Below are positions 30,020 through 39,346 of a stretch of 64,000 nucleotides of DNA, piece after piece. The translations under genes were made by a program, and so were the position numbers. Location: positions 76,402 to 140,401 of the forward strand of contig CAWGEQ010000039.1 in NCBI GenBank assembly GCA_963821645.1, written 5' to 3'. The notes under the pieces are model-generated. The model saw only the letters and a list, made by a program, of their open reading frames with translations, was not told the DNA's origin and ran no database searches. The stretch is from an uncultured delta proteobacterium (lineage in GTDB: Bacteria; Desulfobacterota; RBG-13-43-22). Each line of letters starts with the position of its first letter. Position 1 is the first letter of the stretch.

Positions 30020-30081
30020 GGCTAACAACATATTGATTAGTTTCTTGTCAATATCAGGAAATTCAGAGATTGTCAATATCA
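30020..30081 (-). other. Candidate attI/promoter region
   Basis: Core GTTAGCC preceded by two perfect 12-bp direct repeats TGATATTGACAA (30045-30056, 30070-30081) in AT-rich DNA; no attC hairpin. Confidence 0.5.
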
Positions 30082-30260
30082 AATATAATTTTTATCGATA
30101 TATCTATTTGATATTATTATTTTAATTATCTTGTTCCTTTATTCTTACAACCTCACAGTAAATTACTTTACAGTTGCGGAATCAGGTTGTTTATTTCTTA
30201 CATTTTACTAAAGAGCAGAGCTCTTCAATAAAACCGACCTGACTTTTTAAAATCTTTTTT

Positions 30261-31686
30261 GGTCCGTGAGCTTACACGGTGGGTAACCCCAACATATAGT
30301 GATTGATAGATCTGAATCTGGTAATGAGCCAGGAACAATAGACAAAGAAAGAAAAATAAGGTAATTCTGACCTCCTGAAAGAATTTGAACAGGAGGTTGC
30401 GATGGAAGACAAAGAATTGTATGCCACCCTGCTGGGGATCAAGCATCCCTGGCGAGTAGATAAAGTTAAGCTGGATATGGATAAGAACCGAGTAGATGTT
30501 TGGGTTGCCGAGTTTAAGGGTATTCAGTGGAAATGCCCGGTCTGTGGACAAGCCGGTCCTATCTATGACCATGACGAGGAACGAATTTGGCGGCATCTGG
30601 ATACCTGCCAGTGCCAGACTTTTATCCATTCCCGGATGCCCAGAGTAAGCTGCTCGGTCCATGGTGTCCAGCAGGTGCCAGCTCCCTGGGCCGAACCGGG
30701 ATCCCGGTTTTCTTTGGCTTTTGAACGGCGGATGATCGACACCCTGAAGGAATGCGACATTACCGGTGCCCGCCGGTTGCTGAATTCTGGTTGGAAGGAA
30801 GTTTGGGGAGCCCTGGAACGAGCGGTGAAGCGGGGGCTTAAACGAAAAGATCGGCGGATTCCGGAATATCTTAGTATTGATGAGAAGGCGTTTGCCAAAA
30901 GGCACAAGTACGAGACCCTGGTCTGTGATTTGAAAGGTGGAACGGTGGAATTCGTGGTCGATGAACGATCGCAAAAGAGTCTCGAGACGTATTATCGTCA
31001 GTTTGAGGAAGAGGAATGCCGTTCGGTGAAGGCCGTGGCCATGGATATGTGGGACCCTTATATCGCTGCCACCCGGGAATGGTTGCCTCAGGCAGACATC
31101 GTTTTTGACCGATTTCATGTGGTTCGACTGGTTACGCAGGCCGTCGATAAAGTGCGTCGTCAAGAGCATAAGCTGCTTACAGAACAAGGTGATGAAACGC
31201 TTAAAAAGACCCGTTTTCTTTGGTTGGCCAATGAAGAAAACATCCCGGCCTGGCGCCGTGAGGAGTTTGCCGAACTTCGGCAGATCAACTTGAAGACCAG
31301 TCGGGCCTGGGCGCTTAAGGAATCGTTGCGTCCCTTTTGGGATTATAAATACGCCAAATGGGCAGAAGGCTTTTTTGACCGGTGGTATTATTGGGCTACC
31401 CACTCCCGTCTCAGTCCGATGGTCAAGGCGGCGAAGACCCTTAAAACTCATTTGCCGAACCTGTTGACCTTTTTTAAGCATCGTATCACCAATGCGGTGG
31501 CGGAAGGCCTTAATAGCAAAATCCAAATGGTTAAGCAGATGGCGTGTGGTTTTCGTAATCGTGAACATTATAAGACAGCCATTTACTTTCATTGTGGTGG
31601 TTTAGACCTTTATCCTCAGCCAAAGCCGTATTCCTTATAATGGGTCACTATATGTTGGGGTCACCCACCGTGAAGGATGAAGCGCC
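30261..31686 (+). mobile_element. ISL3-family insertion sequence
   Basis: GG termini; 28-bp subterminal IR CACGGTGGGTAACCCCAACATATAGTGA (one mismatch); flanking direct repeat 30197-30260 / 31687-31751. Confidence 0.92.
30402..31640 (+). CDS. ISL3 transposase
   Basis: Zinc finger CPVCG...WRHLD...CSVHG; SIDE, MDMW, FDRFH and EGLNSKI motifs. Confidence 0.95.
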   Translation: MEDKELYATLLGIKHPWRVDKVKLDMDKNRVDVWVAEFKGIQWKCPVCGQAGPIYDHDEERIWRHLDTCQCQTFIHSRMPRVSCSVHGVQQVPAPWAEPGSRFSLAFERRMIDTLKECDITGARRLLNSGWKEVWGALERAVKRGLKRKDRRIPEYLSIDEKAFAKRHKYETLVCDLKGGTVEFVVDERSQKSLETYYRQFEEEECRSVKAVAMDMWDPYIAATREWLPQADIVFDRFHVVRLVTQAVDKVRRQEHKLLTEQGDETLKKTRFLWLANEENIPAWRREEFAELRQINLKTSRAWALKESLRPFWDYKYAKWAEGFFDRWYYWATHSRLSPMVKAAKTLKTHLPNLLTFFKHRITNAVAEGLNSKIQMVKQMACGFRNREHYKTAIYFHCGGLDLYPQPKPYSL

Positions 31687-32148
31687 CTTTACATTTTACC
31701 AAAGAGCAGAGCTCTTCAATAAAACCGACCTGACCTTTTAAAATCTTTTTTTTGGCCTGCTCTATGGAGAACCAGGCCGCCCGGTCAACCTCCGGGAATT
31801 GGGCTTCCTTCCGGACCGGGGAGGCCATTCCATCGTGAAGGTGTTGCTTTTAATCGAATCGGCAGGGCAATCGCCTTCAAAGGCCCAGGCGCTGATTACT
31901 TTTCCGCCGGGCTGTTTCAGCGGCGACAAGGGCATAAAATCACCGGCCGCCTCGCAGCCGGTCTCTTCTTTAAACTCACGCCTGGCTGCGGTCAAGGGGT
32001 CTTCTTCGTCGGTATATTCCCCCTTAGGGATCGACCAGGCCCCTTCATCCTTTTTAGCCCAAAAAGGGCCTCCGGGATGAACGAGAAAAACCTCAAGCTT
32101 TAAATCCCGGTAACGAAACATGAGCAACCCGGCACTTTTTTTCCCCAT
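31661..32148 (-). CDS. NUDIX-family hydrolase; -1 frameshift near 31803, C-terminus runs into the IS end
   Basis: HPGGPFW, WSIPKGE...AARREFKEETG, WPPRSG, then FPEVDRAAWF in the shifted frame. Confidence 0.85.
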
Positions 32149-32360
32149 TATCCGGCTCCTGATAAGCGGGCGGAAATTCCGGTCCGTTGGGTCTTTTCGA
32201 CCCCGGCCCGTTCATTAGCTTAGGGCAACAGACCTTTCTTGACAAGTCAATTCCAGTGAACGATAGGCCTCGGTGAAACTCTATTTCCCTACCATCAGAA
32301 ATACATAATTATCCCCCTTGTCTTATTCGGTTATCCTGATAATATAATAAGGTTAGGTTT

Positions 32361-32489
32361 AACAGGATGCTCAAAAAGGTCCAGATACAAGGCGCCCGAA
32401 ATTCCGAGGAATGAGACGTACATAGAAGTACGTCGCAATGACGAAGAATGAGGGCAACGCAGTAGATGGGCCTTTTTCAGCAACCTGTT
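32361..32489. repeat. ~130-bp MITE-like element
   Basis: Terminal IR AACAGGATGCTCAAAAAGG / CCTTTTTCAGCAACCTGTT; internal GACGTAC...GTACGTC hairpin; no credible ORF. Confidence 0.65.
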
Positions 32490-32537
32490 GATAAAATAGC
32501 CCTGACTTCTGTTCAATTCAAATCCGGAAGATGATGC

Positions 32538-35512
32538 ATGTTTAACCTCAAGCGTCGGGACTTCTTAAAAATACTTGGACTGGCCGGGACATCCAGCGTC
32601 CTGGGCTGTTCCTCCACGACGCCTAACCATCTGATCCCCTATCTCTACCCCCCCGAAGATATCATCCCCGGTGAAGCCAATTGGTATGCCAGCACTTGCC
32701 GCGAGTGTCCGGCCGGCTGCGGCCTCTTGGCCAAGAACCGGGACGGCCGGGTCATCAAGGTAGAAGGAAATCCCCTCCATCCGGTCAGCAAAGGGAAGCT
32801 GTGTGTCCGGGGTCAAGCATCTCTCCAGGGGCTCTATAATCCCGACCGGTTCCCCGGTCCCTTAATGAGAAACAGGAAGGGGGAATTGGTCCCCATCACC
32901 TGGGATCAAGGGGAAAAGGCCTTGGTCCAAACCCTGGATGAACTGGTCGGCAAAGGCCGGGGAGAGCGCGTCGTCTTTATCGACGAGTTGATGAACGGCG
33001 CCTTAAAGGACCTGGCCTCCCTCTGGCTTTCGGAGATGGGTTCCCAGGATCTCCTTCTCTATGAGCCTTTTGCCTATGAGCCTTTGCGCCGGGCCAATAA
33101 AATGGTTTTTCAATATGACGGGATTCCCCATTACCGGATCGACCAGGCCGATTTTTTGATTTCCTTTGGGGCCGGATTTTTGGAGACCTGGATCTCCAAT
33201 CTGGAATTCGCCCGCCAGTTTGCCGCCTTCCATTCTCTTCAAGCGAAGGGTAAAAATCCCTTTGTCTATGTGGGCCCACGGCTTTCCCTGACGGCCAACA
33301 ATGCCGATCAGTGGATTTGCGTACCCCCGGGCGATGAGTATCTCATCGCTGTAGGGCTGCTCAAGATTATGCTCGACGAGGGACTGGACGGCCATTTTCT
33401 TTCCGGTCAGAAGGCCTGGTTGACCAAAGCCCTTCAAGATTTTTCCCTGGACCGAATCAGCCAAAAGACCGGGGTACCCGTGCAGGTGATAAGGGATTTG
33501 GCCCTACGATTTAGCCGGGCCGAAAGGCCTCTGGCCCTGGCCGAAGGGCTGGGACTTTCCGGGCCCAAGGCCCATCGAGGCGGCCCTGGCGGCCAATCTT
33601 CTTTGCCTGGTAAAGCCGGGGACTAAACAGGTCATCGATTTCAGCGGCAAAACGGCCCTCGGCCAAACAACGTCTTTGGCCCGGATGAAAGAACTTTCCG
33701 AGCGGATGAAGAAAAAAGAAATCGATCTTTTACTCCTGGGCCAGGTCAACCCGGCCTTCACCCTGCCCTTTTCAGCCGAATTCCAAGAGGCCCTGAAGTC
33801 GGTCCCTCAAGTAGTCAGCTTTTCCAGTTATTCGGATGAGACCAGCCGACTGGCCCATCTGGTCCTGCCCAGGCATACCTTTTTAGAATCCTGGGGAGAC
33901 TATTCACCCCGGCAGGGGGTGTTCGGGCTCATGCAGCCGGTCATGGGACCGGTCTTTCAGACCCGTCATCTCGGGGATGTGCTTATCTCCTCGGGCAAGA
34001 AGATTCACGGGGAGAATACAGTTTCCCTGGAAAGATTTTTACCAGTTTTTGAAGGAATCCTGGGTCAAACGGGGAAAGGAGATGGGACCGGATCATGGGG
34101 CCGAAGAATTCTGGGAAAAGGCCATGGAAAGGGGTGGAGTCTGGGAAGAAAAAAGGTCCAAACCCGATAATGTTCTTTCGCCGTTTAAGTCCTTTCCCCT
34201 GGCCTTTCCCGCTATTGAGGCGATTTCGGCATCCGCCAGTCAACTGGATTTGACCATTTATCCCACGGTCCAGTTCTTCGACGGCCGGGAGGCCAATCGA
34301 CCCTGGATCCAGGAGCTTCCTGATCCGATGACCCAGATAACCTGGGACGGTTGGCTGGAAATTCATCCGGAAACAGCCAAGGCCATGGGTATCCAAAAAG
34401 GAGATGTGCTTTTAATTCGATCGGCTTTTGGCAGCCGGGAAGTGCCGGCCTATCCCATCCCCACGGTCCCACTCCGGACTGTGGCCATGCCCATCGGCCA
34501 GGGCCACTGGAACTATGGCCGGTTTGCCGACGGGCATCCGGCCAATCCTCTTGCTTTATTTTCTCCGGCCATCGATCAAACCTCAGGAGGATTGTTTCGG
34601 CCGGCCCTCAAAGTGAGCCTCCAAAAGCTGGACAAGCAACATCCCCATGGCCCACGTGGACGGAAGTTTTTTTCAGGAGGACCGGGATCTCATGCAGGTC
34701 ATGACCTTGAAGGAGTATCAACAATCCCTTCAGTCCCCGGAGCTCCCTCCCATCGACCTGCCTTTACCCCAAGGGGTTGACCCGCGAAAGGACTTTTACC
34801 CGGTGCACCAGCACAAGGAATACCGCTGGGTGATGGTGGTCGACCTGGACCGCTGCATCGGCTGTTCGGCCTGCGTGGTGGCCTGTTATGCGGAAAACAA
34901 TGTGGCTGTGGTGGATAAAAAGGCAGGTCCTCAAAGGCCGGGAGATGTCCTGGATCCGGATTCAGCGTTACTTTGACCCCAAGGAAGGGGTGGCCCGCTG
35001 GCTGCCCATGCTCTGCCAGCACTGCGACTTCGCCCCCTGTGAATCGGTCTGCCCGGTCTATGCCCCGGTCCATAACCCCGAAGGCCTGAACAACCAGACC
35101 TACAACCGTTGTATCGGCACCCGTTTTTGTCTGCAAAACGACCCCTATAAAGTTCGGCGGTTCAACTGGTTTAACTATACCCGCCCCAAGTCCCCTGGAC
35201 TGGCAGCTCAACCCCGATGTGACGGTCCGTCAGAAAGGGGTCATGGAAAAATGCTCCTTCTGTGTCCAGCGGATCATCGGGGCCAAGATTCAGGCCCGGG
35301 CCGAAGGCCGAAAAGTGAAAGACGGGGAATTCACCACGGCCTGCGCCCAGACCTGTCCGACCGAGACTTTGATTTTCGGAAATCTCCTCGACCCGAAAAG
35401 CCGCGTTGCCCGATTGATTGAGGACAAGCGCCGGTATCAGGTCCTGGGTTATCTGAATACCAAACCGGCGGTCATTTATTTGAAGAAGGTGACGCACATT
35501 TTGGAAACATAA
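32538..35512 (+). CDS. actB: ActB/QrcBC-like Tat-exported molybdopterin-oxidoreductase-fold plus Fe-S fusion subunit; five +1 frameshifts as sequenced
   Basis: KRRDFLK Tat motif, CRECPAGC...[49 protein letters not shown]...CAQTC. Confidence 0.82.
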
Positions 35513-35517
35513 AGAGG

Positions 35518-35606
35518 GTACAAGGTCTAAGGTTCAAGGTTAAAGGTTAAAAAAAATCGTAAACCCTATTCCTTGAACCCTGGAATCCTGGAATCCTCGA
35601 ACCCTA
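35518..35606. repeat. Inverted short-period array (AAGGTTC / CCTTGAA type)
   Basis: ggtacaa-ggtctaa-ggttcaa-ggttaaa followed by ccttgaac-ccctggaat-cctggaat-cctcgaac. Confidence 0.65.
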
Positions 35607-35620
35607 TTTTAGCTTGAATC

Positions 35621-36947
35621 ATGAAAGACCTTAACTACAGCACCGTCAACCAGGAAGTCCTGCGGGCCATGTCTCCGCCGGGAAACCGCTATTGGGCCTT
35701 CGTGGCCTTCTGGTTCTTCGGCATCCTGGTGGGGGCCTGTTGCTGGGCCTACCAGATCCTTATGGGCATCGGTGTGGCCGGACCCAATCACCCCATTGCC
35801 TGGGGAACCTATCTGGTCAATTTTGTTTTTTTTGTCGGCCTCGCTCATTCAGGCACCTTGATCTCGGCCATCCTCTTTTTATTTCGCGCCCGCTGGCGCA
35901 CGGCTATATCGCGCAGCTGCCGAGGCCATGACCGTCTTCGCCGTTATGGTGGCCGGGCTTTTCCCTTTTATCCACCTGGGCCGGGTCTGGGTGGTTTACT
36001 GGATCCTTCCCTACCCCAATCAGCGCAATCTCTGGCCTGATTTTCAGTCCCCCTTAGTTTTTGACGTAATCGCCATTTCCACCTATCTTACCGTCAGCGT
36101 CCTCTTTTGGTATACCGGTCTTATTCCCGACCTGGCGGCCATCCGTGACCGGTCCCAGGGTCTGCGGCGCAAGTTGTACGGATTTTTTTCTTTAAACTGG
36201 ACCGGGTCCCACTGGCAGTGGCATCATTACGGCGGGGCGGTTGTCCTTCTGGCCGCGCTGGCCACCCCTTTGGTCATTTCGGTGCATAGCGTGGTTTCCT
36301 GGGATTTTGCCCTGTCCATTCTCCCCGGCTGGCACAGCACCATCTTCGCCCCCTATTTTGTGGCCGGGGCCATCCATTCCGGCCTGGCCATGGTGCTCAT
36401 CCTTTTGATCCCTCTGCGGCGCATCTATAAATTCGAAAATATCATCACCATGGAGACCCTGGAAAATATCGCCAAGACCATCATCCTGACCGGCTTGATC
36501 ATGGGCTATTCCTATCTGACCGAGCACTTCATCTCCTGGTACAGCGGGAATAACACGGAAAAGGACACCTTCTACTGGCGCATGGTCGGCTATTATAAGG
36601 AATGGTTCTGGTTGATGGTCTTCGGCAATTCCATCGCCCCCCTGTTTTACTTTTTTAAAAAAATTCGGACCAACACCATCAGCCTGTATGTCATCGCCGT
36701 CATGGTGGTCGTCGGCATGTGGTATGAGCGTTATGTGATCATCATCGGCTCCCCGGCCCATGCCTATGATCCTTATATCTGGAGGCACTATCCCGGTCCC
36801 ACCTGGGTGGAATACGGGATCATTTTCGGGGCCTTCAGCATCTTCTTCTTCTTTTTCTTTTTATTTTCCAAATTTTTGCCCACCCTGTCCATCGCCGATG
36901 TCAAGGAAGAGGTCAAACCTCCCCGGCGGGAAAGGGCGGACTTATGA
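35621..36947 (+). CDS. actC: NrfD/PsrC-family quinol-interacting membrane subunit; +1 frameshift near 35918
   Basis: HSGTLISA, HLGR, SPLVFD, VHSVVSWDFA and WYERYVII motifs. Confidence 0.88.
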
Positions 36948-37474
36948 ATAAAGGCGGAAGAAGGGCGATGGCCAAGCCGGCCTTGATGGGGATCTTTATC
37001 TATCTGGACGATCTTTTGGGGGCGTTAAAGGCCGTGAAGGAGGCCGACCTGGATTTTACCGTCTTCAGCCCCTCGGCCGCCCCCGAGATACAGGAGGCCT
37101 TGAATAAGGGTCCCAGTCCGGTGCGCTATTACACCCTCTTCGGCGGTCTCTTCGGCCTGGTCTCCGGTTTTTCCCTGGCCGTCTATACGGTCTTGCAGTG
37201 GCGGTTTATCGTCAGCGGCAAGCCGATCATCCCCTGGATCCCCTTTGTCATCATCGGCTTTGAATTTCTGATTTTGTGCGGGGTTCTTATTTCCTTTGCC
37301 GGAATGCTCATCCACACCCGTCTGCCTCGTTTGCATCTGCCGGCCCACTATGACCCCCGCTTTTCCGATGACCGTTTCGGCCTGCTGATTTATTGCTCCC
37401 CCATGGAACGGGAAAAAATCGCCGGTTGGCTCCGAGAATCCGGTGCCGAGGAGATCCATGATTTCGCGGGATGA
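36944..37474 (+). CDS. actD: ActD (DUF3341) membrane subunit
   Basis: VSGKP..P, FEFLIL and YDPRFSDDRF motifs. Confidence 0.85.
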   Translation: MNKGGRRAMAKPALMGIFIYLDDLLGALKAVKEADLDFTVFSPSAAPEIQEALNKGPSPVRYYTLFGGLFGLVSGFSLAVYTVLQWRFIVSGKPIIPWIPFVIIGFEFLILCGVLISFAGMLIHTRLPRLHLPAHYDPRFSDDRFGLLIYCSPMEREKIAGWLRESGAEEIHDFAG

Positions 37475-38705
37475 AATCTGCCAGGAGATGAAGGCCGCCG
37501 GAACGGATAGCGGTTTCAACGGCTGGACCATGGTTTTCCTGGCCGCGGTCCTGATGGGGGTGGTGGTCTTTTTGATCGGAGTCTGGGGAACGCAGCCGGA
37601 AAGGGCCTGGCAGGTCTTTTTGGTCAATTATCTTTTCTGGTCCGGAATGGCCTTTGGCTCGGTCCTTTTTTCCGCCACCCTGGTAATTACCAAGGCCCGC
37701 TGGGGAAGACCGATAAAGCGTCTGGCCGAGGCCCCGGTGGCCTTTCTACCCTTGGCCTTCCTGCTCTTCTGGGTCCTTTTCTTGGGCCGGGAAAGACTTT
37801 TCCCCTGGATCCAGCACCCGTTGCCCTCCAAGGCCGCCTGGTTGAATATCGGCTTTCTCTTTGCCCGGGACGGAATTGCCCTCTTTATGCTGACGGCCGT
37901 TTCTCTGGGCCTGGTTTATTTTTCGGTGCGGGGCGAAAAAAAAATTTCCTCCCAAGGGGTCGAGGGTTGGAAAAAATTCCGGGAGCAAGGGGAAAAAAAT
38001 TTGCGTAAACAGGCCATCCTGGCGCCAATCCTGGCCATCCTCTATGCCCTGACCCTCAGCCTGATCGGCTTTGACCTGGTCATGTCCTTATCTCCCCATT
38101 GGTACAGCACCCTTTTCGGGATGTATTTTTTCACCGGTGCCTTTTACAGCGCCCTGGCCGCTTTGATCTTCATCTCCATCATTGCGGTCAAGACCTTTGG
38201 GCTGGGCAACTTCATCCAAAAAAATCAGTTTCACGACCTGGGAAAGTTACTCCTGGCCTTTTGTCTGACTAACGGTGATTTTTTCTTTTCCCAGTTCCTG
38301 GTGATCTGGTATGGGAACTTGCCGGAAGAGACCCGGTTCGTGATCAACCGGGTCAATTTCCCTCCCTGGAATTATCTGGCCTGGACCGTGCTGGCTCTTT
38401 TTTTTATCGTCCCCTTCGGCACCCTGTTGAGCAAGAAGGTCAAGATGAAACACGGGCCCATGTTGGTTCTGACCGGTCTCATCCTCGTCGGCATGTGGCT
38501 GGAGCGTTTTCTGCTGGTGGCCCCCTCTCTGTGGAAAAAACCGGGCCTTCCTCTGGGTCCTTCGGAATTTTTGATCAGCCTCGGTTTCTTAGGGCTCATG
38601 GCCTTAAGCCTCCAATGGTTTTTTAAAAGGTTCCCCTTGCTCCCCCTGACGGACCCCCTGTTTTTAGACACCCTGAATGCGGACCGAGAGGAAGGCCGGG
38701 GATGA
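37458..38705 (+). CDS. actF: ActF membrane subunit
   Basis: FDLVMSLSPHWYST, HDLGKL and QFLVIWYGNLPEE motifs. Confidence 0.85.
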   Translation: MISRDEICQEMKAAGTDSGFNGWTMVFLAAVLMGVVVFLIGVWGTQPERAWQVFLVNYLFWSGMAFGSVLFSATLVITKARWGRPIKRLAEAPVAFLPLAFLLFWVLFLGRERLFPWIQHPLPSKAAWLNIGFLFARDGIALFMLTAVSLGLVYFSVRGEKKISSQGVEGWKKFREQGEKNLRKQAILAPILAILYALTLSLIGFDLVMSLSPHWYSTLFGMYFFTGAFYSALAALIFISIIAVKTFGLGNFIQKNQFHDLGKLLLAFCLTNGDFFFSQFLVIWYGNLPEETRFVINRVNFPPWNYLAWTVLALFFIVPFGTLLSKKVKMKHGPMLVLTGLILVGMWLERFLLVAPSLWKKPGLPLGPSEFLISLGFLGLMALSLQWFFKRFPLLPLTDPLFLDTLNADREEGRG

Positions 38706-39250
38706 GCCTCATGGCTGAAGATCGACTCAAAAAAAATGGGCAAGGGCCTTCATGGAAAAAATGGTTTTCGGTAGGGGTGTTGCTGATGGCCCTGATGCTC
38801 TATTTTTATTATGTCTATCCCGGTCAGGGGATCGGACCCAGACAGCCCATCCCTTTCAGCCACCGGGTTCACGCCGGGGTCAAGGCGATCAATTGCCGGT
38901 TCTGTCATCCCTATGTGGAGAGGTCGGAACATGCCGGCCTGCCGGAAATGGAAAAATGTTTTTATTGCCATAAATATATCATCCCCACTCACCCGATGCT
39001 CCTTAAGGAAAAGGAGCATTATGACAGCGGGAGGCCGGTCCCCTGGGTGCGGATTTTCTATGTCCCTGATTTCGTCAAGTTCAGGCATCAGCCGCATTTG
39101 CGCTTCGGAAAACTGGATTGCCGCGACTGCCACGGAGAAGTGGAGCGGATGGACCGGCTGCAGAAAAAGAAATTTAAGATGAAATTTTGTATCGACTGCC
39201 ATAAACTCAAAAAGGCCCAAACGGATTGCTGGCTGGCCTGCCACCATTAA
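38702..39250 (+). CDS. actA: Membrane-anchored pentaheme cytochrome c (ActA/QrcA)
   Basis: QPIPFSHRVH; CRFCH, CFYCH, CRDCH, CIDCH and atypical CWLACH. Confidence 0.85.
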   Translation: MSLMAEDRLKKNGQGPSWKKWFSVGVLLMALMLYFYYVYPGQGIGPRQPIPFSHRVHAGVKAINCRFCHPYVERSEHAGLPEMEKCFYCHKYIIPTHPMLLKEKEHYDSGRPVPWVRIFYVPDFVKFRHQPHLRFGKLDCRDCHGEVERMDRLQKKKFKMKFCIDCHKLKKAQTDCWLACHH

Positions 39251-39346
39251 AAAGAAAGGTACGAGGTTCAAGGTGCAAGGTACAAGGAGAGGGTGCATGT
39301 CCGCTAAAAAAGAGATTTCAGGTTCATTCATATTCAGGAGTAAGAA

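Larger units (their letters stand above)
20750..30081 (-). mobile_element. Integron gene-cassette array without an adjacent integrase (CALIN)
   Basis: Co-oriented minus-strand ORFs separated by about nine attC-like imperfect palindromes; matching cassette ends (GTTAGCC/GGCCAAC, GTTATATGC/GCATCTAAC, GTTAGAAG/CTTCTGAC); no tyrosine recombinase ORF in the window. Confidence 0.85.

Noticed and set aside
30225-31592. 455-aa minus-strand ORF as an integrase
   Set aside because: It is the antisense shadow of the ISL3 transposase and has no tyrosine-recombinase motifs.
32538-35512. Programmed frameshifting or selenocysteine recoding in actB
   Set aside because: The breaks are scattered single-base insertions with no common slippery motif and no in-frame TGA at Cys positions.
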